Shown here: positions 1 to 8,353 of the stretch, one piece after another
Layout: each line of letters begins with the position of its first letter
Position numbering within the stretch: the stretch's first letter is position 1
Assembly: GCA_035528995.1 (NCBI GenBank)
Contig: DATKXO010000110.1
Location: forward strand, 13,885-77,884
Source of the DNA: Phycisphaerae bacterium
Lineage (GTDB): Bacteria > Planctomycetota > Phycisphaerae > UBA1845
Direction of reading: 5' to 3'
DNA length: 64,000 bases
Position numbers and translations under genes: made by a program
The notes under the pieces: model-generated
The model's database searches: none
The model's input: the letters and a program-made list of their open reading frames with translations, nothing else
Told to the model about the DNA's origin: nothing

Positions 1-1
1 T

Positions 2-922
2 GGGCGTCTGCTGGCGGCGGGCCTTCTGTTCGGGGTGGCGCTGCTGATCAAGGAGGTGCTGCTCTACTTCAGCCTCGTGATTGCCGTGCTGATCCTCTGG
101 CGCCACCGGCGGTTCTCGTGGCGCGGAGGTTTGTCGCACGTTGCGCTGTTTCTGCTGTCCGTGATCGTGGTTGTGCTGCCGTGGTCTCTGCGGAACTACG
201 AGGTCTACGGGCGAGTGGCGCCGGTGGGCATCACACTGGGGGCGAACTGCTACCAGGGCGTGGTCCGCCCGTACGCGTGCTTCGACTATCCACGGATTGA
301 CTACACCGAACTCTGGGATGAGGAGAGTTGGGTGTACCGCCGGTTCATCGTGCAGCCACCGGGCTGGCCGGCAGAGCGGGTGCACGCGCCCAACATGTGC
401 GACGAATCCACCGCCAACGTGAAGCTGGCGATGGGTCTGACTATGGAGCACCCCTGGTGGTTTGCCCGCAGCCGCATCAAGCGGCTGGCGAACTGGTTGG
501 CGCCGTGGTCGTTTTTTGTCCGCCACCACGGGTTGGGTCGATACCACGGGCTTCTCAACGAGGCCCCGGTGCGCGACGTGCTGGTCGTGCTGTGCCTGCT
601 GCAGACGGCGGCGATCATCGCTCTGTCCGTACCGGGCTTCCTGCTGTCGCTGCGCCAGCCGATGGGGCGAGCGCTGCTCGGCTGGCTGTTGCTGTACGGT
701 TTGGCCACGGCGCTGCTGGTAGGGATGTCGCGTCACCGAATGGTTGTGGAGCCGTTTCTCATCGTGCTGTCGGCGGGGTTCGTGACGGGTGCCGGGCGGC
801 CGTGGCGTGGGCGCCGGTTGGCCGTCGGAGTGGTGGCGGCCTATTGGATTGTCCTGGTCTTGTTGTGGAGCATCAACCAGCCGGAGATGAGCACGTTCCT
901 GGATCGAGTCTGGCACAGCTGA
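2..922 (+). CDS. Polytopic membrane protein, 5'-truncated by the window edge. Best guess is the C-terminal part of an ArnT/PMT-like (GT39-type) glycosyltransferase.
   Basis: The frame stays open back to nt 2 (GRLLAAGLLFGVALLIKEV...). There are several hydrophobic helices. LPWSLRNYEVYGRVAPVGITLGANCYQG resembles the PW-x-RN...G-x-N loop of bacterial GT39 enzymes. The family call rests on memory of the motif only. Confidence 0.5.
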   Translation, partial: GRLLAAGLLFGVALLIKEVLLYFSLVIAVLILWRHRRFSWRGGLSHVALFLLSVIVVVLPWSLRNYEVYGRVAPVGITLGANCYQGVVRPYACFDYPRIDYTELWDEESWVYRRFIVQPPGWPAERVHAPNMCDESTANVKLAMGLTMEHPWWFARSRIKRLANWLAPWSFFVRHHGLGRYHGLLNEAPVRDVLVVLCLLQTAAIIALSVPGFLLSLRQPMGRALLGWLLLYGLATALLVGMSRHRMVVEPFLIVLSAGFVTGAGRPWRGRRLAVGVVAAYWIVLVLLWSINQPEMSTFLDRVWHS

Positions 923-944
923 ACAAGAGAGGCCGCGGAAGGCA

Positions 945-1373
945 ATGGCATGGTCTGACTGGTGGCGCAGGTATTGGCTTCACGGGCTGCTGCTGGGCAT
1001 CGTGGTGGCGGAGTGCGCGACGGCGTGGGTGCTCCACCAGTCGGACGAAGAGCTACGTGGAGCGCTGGAAAGGGGCACTCCTTTCCAGCAGGCATTTGCG
1101 GTTCACGTTCTGTCGCGTCGCGACGACCCCCAACCTCCGGACGAAGAAGTGACGCGGCGGATGCTGGCGTCTCCCAGCGTGCTGGTGCGCGAGATGACCG
1201 TGACGAAGAACTTCAGGCTGGATCGTGAGGACATGGGGCAGAGCAAGTACCTTGAATCTCTTGAAGACCCGTCTGAGCGGGTTCGCTGCGAGATTCTCCG
1301 CTTCTCCGGGAAGGGCGTTCGTCTCACTCCGGAGAAGCTGCGTCGGTTCTACGCCACGCTCGAAGACCGGTGA
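945..1373 (+). CDS. Hypothetical protein with one N-terminal membrane anchor
   Basis: The ATG is preceded by GGAAGG about 5 nt upstream. Hydrophobic segment WYWLHGLLLGIVVAECATAWVL. No family recognised. Confidence 0.5.
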   Translation: MAWSDWWRRYWLHGLLLGIVVAECATAWVLHQSDEELRGALERGTPFQQAFAVHVLSRRDDPQPPDEEVTRRMLASPSVLVREMTVTKNFRLDREDMGQSKYLESLEDPSERVRCEILRFSGKGVRLTPEKLRRFYATLEDR

Positions 1374-1417
1374 AACGGGCTTTGCCTCTCGTCCACGCGC
1401 AGGGAGGCGGGGTCGGA

Positions 1418-2983
1418 TCAAGTCACGGAGAACTGATAGACGGTCCCGCCGACCGGGATGGACACATTCTCCCTACCCGACGGATCGGTTCCGGTTCGGA
1501 CATAGTCGACGGTCACACCATGGGGCGCAACGGACAATCGGGTGTAGCCGACGGCGAGGTGGAAGTCGTGCGGGTTGCGGGCGGAGGCTTCGCCGTAGGC
1601 TTCTTTCCAGCCCGGGGTGCTTTGCATGCGGTCGGGCATCTTGGTCGGGCGGCCGCAGCAGACGAAGTGGATGCCTTCGGCCTGCTGGTGGGCGAAGACG
1701 TGGTCGTGGCCGTAGAGAAACATCTGTGCGCCGGCCCGATTCATCAAGTCGGTGATGCGGGCCTGCTCGCCGACGCGGGCGTATCGGGCCCCGCCGCGGG
1801 CATAGGCGCTGGCCTCGGGCGGGCGTTTGGTCCCTTCGCGGCCCCAGTTCCAGCCGCCCATCAGGTGATGACCGAGGACCAGCTTCCATCGAGCGTTGCT
1901 GCCGGTCAGCACGCGTTCGAGCCATTGGAGCTGAGGTTGGCCCAGCGTCCAGTCGTCGGGCGACATGGGGAAGCCCCTGCCGACGTTGGTGTACCGCTGA
2001 ACGTCGAGGACGACGAACAGGGCATCGCCCCAGGTCCAGGCGAAGTAGTTCTGCAGCGGTGAGCAGTTGCCCTGGTCCGCACCGCCAGTGGGCTCGGAGT
2101 TCTGGTCACCGCGCCAGCCTTGGTCCTCTCCGCCCTCGGGGTAGGTGTCCGGCAGCGGGTTGGGGTAGTACGTTTTGCGTGCGATGGTGGCCCATCGCTG
2201 CAGGGGCCAGTGCCCGTGCAAGTAGATCTGCTGGTACCCGGCCTCTCCCTCATGGTTGCCGATCACCAGGTAGCTGGGGACTGCCTGGAGCAGCGGGACG
2301 TAGAACTGCCGCCAGAACTCCCAGCGTTCGCAGGTCAACTGCTGATTCATTTCCCGATCGGCGGTGTACCACGAGGTGGTCAGAGGCTCGTCACCAAGGA
2401 AGATGACGAAATCCGGCCGGTCCGCCAGCACGCGTTCGATGGTGGCCTTGAGGTTCTGGCGGGGCTTGTGCTCCGTCTGTTGTTTGCGCTGGGCCATGGC
2501 CAGGTGCGTGTCGGCAATCAGGGCGACTTTGTACGCACTGCCCGGCGGCCGGGCGGTATGCATGCGCCGAACCGGGCGAGCCGTCCATTGGCCGTTGCCC
2601 TTGCGACGGTATCGGCACTGATAGAAGAGTTCGGCGTCGGGCGGGAAGCCGCTCAGTTGCACTTGCGTGGGGTCGGTGGATGCCAGCTCGCGGGCGAGCT
2701 CGAGCTTGGACTCATCGGTCCCGGCCAGGACCTGGACCTCCACCTGTCCACGAGGGACCCAATGCAGCGTGCAGCCGGAAGCGGTAGGCCGAAACACCGC
2801 GTCCGGGGCGGCCAGGAGTTCGCTCAACGGATCGGACTCCCAGTCGGTGAGCAGGTGCCGGGCTGGCGGGTCATGAGGCACTTCCCGGCGTTTGCAGGCC
2901 AGTTTAGCGGCTGCCAGGCCGGTGACAGCCGCTGCGCCGGCCGTCTTGAGAAACGTGCGCCGTGTTGTCTTGCGTTCTTCCAT
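1418..2983 (-). CDS. Tat-exported calcineurin-like metallophosphoesterase (purple-acid-phosphatase-like)
   Basis: Twin-arginine signal TRRTFLKTAGAAAVTGLAAA. Metallophosphoesterase motifs IADTHL, FLGDEP, GNHEGE, GHHLMGG and GHDHVFAH. The ORF runs to 3070, but the MEERK start at 2983 sits directly before the Tat motif. Confidence 0.8.
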   Translation of the reverse strand: MEERKTTRRTFLKTAGAAAVTGLAAAKLACKRREVPHDPPARHLLTDWESDPLSELLAAPDAVFRPTASGCTLHWVPRGQVEVQVLAGTDESKLELARELASTDPTQVQLSGFPPDAELFYQCRYRRKGNGQWTARPVRRMHTARPPGSAYKVALIADTHLAMAQRKQQTEHKPRQNLKATIERVLADRPDFVIFLGDEPLTTSWYTADREMNQQLTCERWEFWRQFYVPLLQAVPSYLVIGNHEGEAGYQQIYLHGHWPLQRWATIARKTYYPNPLPDTYPEGGEDQGWRGDQNSEPTGGADQGNCSPLQNYFAWTWGDALFVVLDVQRYTNVGRGFPMSPDDWTLGQPQLQWLERVLTGSNARWKLVLGHHLMGGWNWGREGTKRPPEASAYARGGARYARVGEQARITDLMNRAGAQMFLYGHDHVFAHQQAEGIHFVCCGRPTKMPDRMQSTPGWKEAYGEASARNPHDFHLAVGYTRLSVAPHGVTVDYVRTGTDPSGRENVSIPVGGTVYQFSVT

Positions 2984-3206
2984 CACATGCCAGATCGAGG
3001 TCGCCCCAGGGGAACCTGCCCATGGCGGCAGCACCGGCTCATGGTTCGGCGCCGCGCGGAGGCCCATCAAGAGGTACTGACTGCATGTTAGCGGCCGGGC
3101 GCACGTGTTTCAACGCCGGCACCTCTTCGCGGTGGTTCGCGTTTGCCCTGCGTCAGTACCGACGCTAGGCTTGGGTCGCGATCCGTGTTGAGGAGTCGGT
3201 GCGGCG

Positions 3207-4613
3207 GTGCGGGCCTACGGAACAACCTGCGGTGTTCTGGCGATGCTTGCCGTGCTGGCGGGAGGCGGATGCTCCCGGGACCAGGACGAGGGGCGCTCGG
3301 ATGTCCCGTACAACGTCGTCCTGGTTACTCTGGACACGACGCGGGCGGACCATCTGAGCTGTTATGGACACACTACCGAGACGAGTCCCAATTTTGACGC
3401 GCTGGCCCGGGAAGGGGCCCGTTTTGACTCTGCCATCGCCCAGGCCGCTTCCACGCCCGTCTCTCACGCGTCGATCTTCACCGGGCTCAATCCGTATCAG
3501 CACGGGGTGCGGGTGATCTATGCGGCCAGCGGCTACCGATTGGCCGGCTCGATCCCGACCCTGACCACGGTGTTGAAGGAGCGGGGCTGGCACACGGGGG
3601 CCTTTCTGAGTTCGTTCACGGTCTCCGAGTTTTACGGTTTCGACCGCGGCTTCGACGTGTTCGACAACGGGCTCCATAACCCGGCCGACCAGGTGCTCAC
3701 CGAGGGAGAGGAAGGGAACTACCGCTGGGATCTGCGCCTGAATCAGCGGCGGTCCGATCAGACGACAGCGCGGGCTGTGGAATGGCTGGGCGAGGCGAAG
3801 CGTCCGTTCTACCTGTGGGTCCACTACTGGGACCCTCACGACCCCTACGAGGTGCCACCGGCGGAGGTCCTGGCCCGGTTCATGCGTGCCCCGCGCGGGA
3901 GCGAGGCGGGCCAGCGGCAGCGGTACGACGCCGAGATCTTCTTCATGGACGCTCAGTTCGGCCGCCTGGTGCAGGTCCTGAAGGAGATGGGCCAGTACGA
4001 TCGGACCATCATTGTGGTTGTCGGCGATCACGGACAGGGGCTGGGCGACCACGGCTGGGACCAGCACCGGATTCTGTATCAGGAGCAGCTCCACGTTCCT
4101 TTGATCCTGCGGATTCCCGGTGGGGCGAGGGGACGGGTGGTCTCCCAGCTCGTGCGGACCATTGACATCTTTCCCACGGTGCTGGAGGCCCTGGGGATCT
4201 CCACCGGCTCCACCATCGAGGGTCGGAGCCTCCTGGGATTGATGGCCGGCGAGACGGATTCGCCGAGGATCGCCTACGCGGACGCACTGAACCTGTACGA
4301 CCTGAACGCCAAGTCCGTGCAGACCAAGCGGCCGCAGGATGATCTGGTCTACTGTGCCATGGACCGGCAGTGGAAGCTGATCTACCGGCCGCGACATCCG
4401 GACAAGAACGAACTCTACAACCTCCGGGACGATCCTGGTGAGCTGCACAACCTGTACGGCAGGGAGTCCACTCAGGCGGAACGGCTGCTGGCGGCGCTGA
4501 AGGAGTTCGACGGTTTCGTGGACCAGCCGTTCGGCGAGGGGACCGACGCGGAGGCGCTGGAACGGCTTCGGGCCATGGGCTACGTTCTCAACGACAACGA
4601 CTCAGGCGAGTAG
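3207..4613 (+). CDS. Sulfatase-fold (alkaline-phosphatase superfamily) lipoprotein with a Thr-type nucleophile motif. Probably a phosphodiesterase/phosphotransferase rather than a true sulfatase.
   Basis: GTG start. Signal with LAGGGC. N-terminal LVTLDTTRADHLSCYGH is a typical metal-binding start of the PF00884 fold. The nucleophile region reads ASTPVSHASIFTGLNPYQHGV rather than C/S-x-P-x-R. Confidence 0.75.
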   Translation: MRAYGTTCGVLAMLAVLAGGGCSRDQDEGRSDVPYNVVLVTLDTTRADHLSCYGHTTETSPNFDALAREGARFDSAIAQAASTPVSHASIFTGLNPYQHGVRVIYAASGYRLAGSIPTLTTVLKERGWHTGAFLSSFTVSEFYGFDRGFDVFDNGLHNPADQVLTEGEEGNYRWDLRLNQRRSDQTTARAVEWLGEAKRPFYLWVHYWDPHDPYEVPPAEVLARFMRAPRGSEAGQRQRYDAEIFFMDAQFGRLVQVLKEMGQYDRTIIVVVGDHGQGLGDHGWDQHRILYQEQLHVPLILRIPGGARGRVVSQLVRTIDIFPTVLEALGISTGSTIEGRSLLGLMAGETDSPRIAYADALNLYDLNAKSVQTKRPQDDLVYCAMDRQWKLIYRPRHPDKNELYNLRDDPGELHNLYGRESTQAERLLAALKEFDGFVDQPFGEGTDAEALERLRAMGYVLNDNDSGE

Positions 4614-4647
4614 TCGGGCCCCACAGCCACCTCTCGATGCGTGCGGC

Positions 4648-5328
4648 CTACGTTGATGACGATTTGACGACCTTGTATCGCAGCCACACGAGGTCCTCGT
4701 TGACCTTCTCCAGATGGGTCAGGCGAAGTTGAACCGGGCTGTCCGGCGAGGTCGGGTCGGGGGCTCGGAAGAGGGAGTGCACCGTGGTCCCGCCGACCAG
4801 GCAGGGGTTGATCAACAGGCTGATCTCGTCCACCAGGCCGGCATGAAGAAGCACGCCGTTGAGCGTTCCACCGCTGTCGCCTACGACGGTCTCGACTCCG
4901 TGGCGAGCGTTGAGCTCCTGCAGGGCGGCGGGCAGATCGACCCGATCGCGCCCCGCCACGATGCACTCGATGTGCCGTTCACGCAGGTAGGTGAGGTAAC
5001 TGCCGGGCGTGGAGTCCGAACAGAGTGCGACCATACCTCGCCAATAACCGGCATTGCGCAGGACGTGCCAGTTACGGACCCGGCCCCGGCTGTCCGGGAC
5101 AACCATCAGGGGGCGCGGATCGTCGGGCTTCGTCGTCGGCGGCTCGAAGGCCTCGGCGCCCTCGGGCGGAATGGGCTCGTTGGGATTGAAGATCGTGTTG
5201 CTTCCGGCCAGGTGGGCGTCCATCTTCAGGCGCGAGGCCACCTGGTAGTGCAGGCCCAGGTCGGGCGCGAACCCGTTTATGCGCCCGTCCACGCTGACCT
5301 GGTTGTGCAAGATTACGTGCGGCAGCAT
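4648..5328 (-). CDS. RibD C-terminal domain / dihydrofolate-reductase-like reductase
   Basis: HVILHNQVSVDGRI...LLINPCLVGGTT pattern of RibD_C-type reductases. SD GGAGGG lies 7 nt upstream of the ATG at 5328. The ORF-track start at 5385 adds 19 unlikely residues. Confidence 0.7.
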   Translation of the reverse strand: MLPHVILHNQVSVDGRINGFAPDLGLHYQVASRLKMDAHLAGSNTIFNPNEPIPPEGAEAFEPPTTKPDDPRPLMVVPDSRGRVRNWHVLRNAGYWRGMVALCSDSTPGSYLTYLRERHIECIVAGRDRVDLPAALQELNARHGVETVVGDSGGTLNGVLLHAGLVDEISLLINPCLVGGTTVHSLFRAPDPTSPDSPVQLRLTHLEKVNEDLVWLRYKVVKSSST

Positions 5329-5410
5329 TGCGAATCCCTCCAACAAACAGGACTGCACCATGGTCCGACGAGGCAACCCTGTCAAGGAGGGGCGCGGGGC
5401 GCCGGCGGGG

Positions 5411-5935
5411 TCAGTCCTGCGGCAGTGCGGCCAAGGCTGCCCGGGCGCGGCGGGTGTGCTCGCCGGTTCGATCGAGTTGCAGGACGCGGCGCCAGGCGCG
5501 GTCGGCCTGGGGGAACTTGCCCGTGAGGGTCATCAGTTCGGCCCATTGGATGTTGGCCTCGAGGTCCTCGTCATCGAGGGTCATGGCCACGCGCAGGATG
5601 TCGGTGGCTTCGGCATAGGCCTGGCGGGCGACGGCCTCTGCCGCTCGCCGGCGGAGGAAGGCCAATTCCCGCTCGACGTCCGGGCCGGTGGCCGTGCGAA
5701 TGCGAACCAGAAGCTGCCATTGGGCCCCCAGCCAGACGAACACCGCGGCCGAGAACGAGAGCATGGTCATCCAAGCGGGAATGGTGGCCGGTAACAGCAG
5801 CAGCCCCAACAGGGCGGTCTGTCCGAAGACGCCGAACAGGACGGCCGCGGCCAACCCCAGCCATTCACGCCGCAGCACGATCAGGCCGCTACCCGGTACG
5901 ATCAGGTTGCACACCACAGCCAGCCGGGTTCGCAT
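5411..5935 (-). CDS. Membrane protein with a C-terminal TPR-like helical region
   Basis: Three hydrophobic helices, then a helical segment: AYAEATDILRVAMTLDDEDLEANIQWAELMTLTGKFPQADRAWRRVLQLD. Confidence 0.55.
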   Translation of the reverse strand: MRTRLAVVCNLIVPGSGLIVLRREWLGLAAAVLFGVFGQTALLGLLLLPATIPAWMTMLSFSAAVFVWLGAQWQLLVRIRTATGPDVERELAFLRRRAAEAVARQAYAEATDILRVAMTLDDEDLEANIQWAELMTLTGKFPQADRAWRRVLQLDRTGEHTRRARAALAALPQD

Positions 5936-6176
5936 TCGTCTGCTGCTCGATCAGGTCCGTCGTATCTGGTTCGGAGACGGGCGAAGCCCGCCTTTGGACC
6001 AGGGCGGAGTATACCCGGGCGATTGGCCGACCGTAACCGGTAGGGCCGGCGTCTTGGGTAGCGGGCCGGCTCCGATAATCGTGGGGGTCAGGTAGTGATC
6101 CGGTGCCGGCTCTGGGTGGCGGCTAAACCAAGGCCGGTCTGCTTCCGATAAACCTGCGAGTGAAGGAGCACCGATC

Positions 6177-6344
6177 ATGCGCAGAATCCTACTTGCCTCG
6201 ATTGTGGCCGTCGCCAGCGTCCTGTTGATCACCACCAACACCGGCTGCGACAACAACATCGTCTCCTCAAACGCCCGGGCGGGCTTTTCGAGCTTCCTGA
6301 CCGGGGTGATCAGCGAGGCGATCAACAAGTCGGGGTCCGACTAG
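6177..6344 (+). CDS. Small exported protein (55 aa), possibly a lipoprotein. It falls below the ORF-track length cutoff.
   Basis: ATG at 6177 with AAGGAG at 6163-6168. Translation: MRRILLASIVAVASVLLITTNTGCDNNIVSSNARAGFSSFLTGVISEAINKSGSD, stop TAG 6342-6344. It has a positive n-region, an h-region and then Cys24. The lipobox is non-canonical at position -3. Confidence 0.55.
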   Translation: MRRILLASIVAVASVLLITTNTGCDNNIVSSNARAGFSSFLTGVISEAINKSGSD

Positions 6345-6501
6345 GCGACGGCGTCGCAGGCATTCCGGCCCGCCGGCAGACGCAGGGTGCTCACGTTTCG
6401 GGCGCCGGGCGGGCACCCTTCACCCGATCATACTTATGCAGTCTGGAGTTTCTGCGGGCGGCAGGTGTGATGCCCGCGGTTCTGACCGGCCGGCGGCGGC
6501 G

Positions 6502-7827
6502 TCATGACCCGACGGATGCGACGACCTCGTCGAAGACGGTGAGTCCCACGTCGAGTTGCGTGTCGTTGATGCCCAAGGGCGGAGAGAAGCGGATACCGGC
6601 CGTCCCGCAGCCCAGCAGGATCAGCCCGCGACGGAAGGCCTCCTGCATGATCCGGTCCCGCAGCCGAGGGTCGTTCTTGCCGCTCTTGCGACTGACAACG
6701 TCCACCGCGGCCATCAGTCCCAGACCACGGGGGTTGTCCACGCATTTGCGGCGGTCGCTGATTTCGCGGAGCCTCTCCTGCAAGCAGACGCCGAGTTTGG
6801 CGGCGTTGGCCAGGAGCCCCGACTCGAGCAAGTCGATGGTGGCCAGGGCGGCGGCACAACTGACGGGGTTGCCGCCGAAGGTGCTGCCGTGGGCGCCGGC
6901 CGGCCAGTTCATGACCTCTTTCGGCGCGATGACCGCACCCAGCGGCATTCCGCTGGCGAGCCCTCCGGCACACAGCAGCACATCGGGGACCACCCCGAAG
7001 TGCTGACAGGCGAACATCTTGCCGGTGCGGCCCATCCCCGAGTGGATTTCGTCGCAGACCAACAGCATGCCGTGCCGGTCGCACAGCGCCCGCAGCCGGG
7101 GCAGGAAGTTCTTGGGCGGCACGACGTACCCTCCGCCACCCAGGATGGGTTCGACGAAGATGGCGGCGACGTCTTCCGGAGGGGCCTGTTGACGGAACAT
7201 GTGCTCCTCGAACACGTCGATGTCGCCGTAGGGCACGTGCCCTACCATGGGCACCAACGGTTCGAAGCCGGCCTTCTCCCGGGCGGTCGACGAGGTCAGC
7301 GAGAGCGCCCCCATGGTTCGTCCGTGAGACGCCCCGTGGAAGGCGATGACCCATTTCCGCCCGGTGTGGTGGCGGACGAGCTTGAAGGCGGCCTCGGCCG
7401 TCTCCGCTCCGCTGGTCAGGAGCAGCACGCGCTTATCCGAGCGACCGGGGGCGATGGCCGCCAGCTTCTCGGCCAGAGCGATCATGGGTTCGTAATAGAA
7501 ATCGGTGCCGCTGGCGTGGATGAGTTTGGCGGCCTGGTCCTGGATGGCGGCCACCACGCGGGGATGGCAGTGTCCGGTGGCGCAGACGGCCAGCCCGGCG
7601 GCGAAGTCGAGGTATCGGTTGCCGTCCACGTCCTCGACGACCGAGCCGACGGCGCGTCGGATGACCAGCGGGTAGTTGCGGGTGTAGGAGGGTGAGGCCA
7701 CCCGCTCGTCGCGCTCCATCGCCGCCCGGGCGGCGAGGCCCGGAGGCGGTGTCTCGATCCAGGGCGCCGGTCCGATCCAGGACTCTTTCTGGGCCTCTTT
7801 CTTGCCGGCCTGCTTGATCCGCAGCAT
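6502..7827 (-). CDS. Class-III (GabT/ArgD-like) PLP aminotransferase homolog lacking the catalytic lysine
   Basis: Family motifs SGAETAEAAFKLVR, FHGASHGRTMGALSLT, CDEIHSGMGRTGKMFA and STFGGNPVS. The Lys position reads LLCAGGLASGMPLGA, where E. coli GabT has TTFAKSIAGGFPLAG. SD GGGGGAG lies upstream. Confidence 0.85.
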   Translation of the reverse strand: MLRIKQAGKKEAQKESWIGPAPWIETPPPGLAARAAMERDERVASPSYTRNYPLVIRRAVGSVVEDVDGNRYLDFAAGLAVCATGHCHPRVVAAIQDQAAKLIHASGTDFYYEPMIALAEKLAAIAPGRSDKRVLLLTSGAETAEAAFKLVRHHTGRKWVIAFHGASHGRTMGALSLTSSTAREKAGFEPLVPMVGHVPYGDIDVFEEHMFRQQAPPEDVAAIFVEPILGGGGYVVPPKNFLPRLRALCDRHGMLLVCDEIHSGMGRTGKMFACQHFGVVPDVLLCAGGLASGMPLGAVIAPKEVMNWPAGAHGSTFGGNPVSCAAALATIDLLESGLLANAAKLGVCLQERLREISDRRKCVDNPRGLGLMAAVDVVSRKSGKNDPRLRDRIMQEAFRRGLILLGCGTAGIRFSPPLGINDTQLDVGLTVFDEVVASVGS

Positions 7828-8353
7828 GGTCAGACTCCCCCAGCTCGGCGACCTCGTGGGTCGACCTCACTCCTGAACGTTTCTTCCCCCCAATATCGGC
7901 TGTGGCGCGTATCGCCTGCCGCCAGATTCCGTGGCAATTCGTGGGCCATCGGCGGAATCCCACTTCCCCCAGGGCCAAGGCCCCTGCGTCAGGCCGGCCC
8001 GTGCCGGCGGTCGACGTCCCGTCTGATTATAGTTACCCCAATTCCACGCGGAGGTTACATCGGCCGACGATCGCGCTGGACATCCCGGCCCGGTTCGGCG
8101 GCCACCTCCTTGGCCGCTAGCGTGGTTCCCCGGGCGCTGCAAACGCTCGGCCCCCGCATACCGACGGAGGCTCCGGCCTGCGGAATCATCGAGCAAGCCA
8201 GGTGTCTCTTCGATAGGCGTGAGGTTGCCGCGGAGGTGAACCTCCGTGCGGTTTCATCCGTCCGGGGGATGTAGTAGTGTGGTGGTCTGGATCGCCGGCT
8301 CGGTGGCCGACGGGTTGAGTTGGGCGACGTGGCGTTGAACGGGAGGTCAGATC

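Noticed and set aside
5951-6328. 125-aa minus-strand ORF
   Set aside because: It has no SD or signal and an odd composition. The opposite strand carries a short ORF with strong translation signals (6177-6344).
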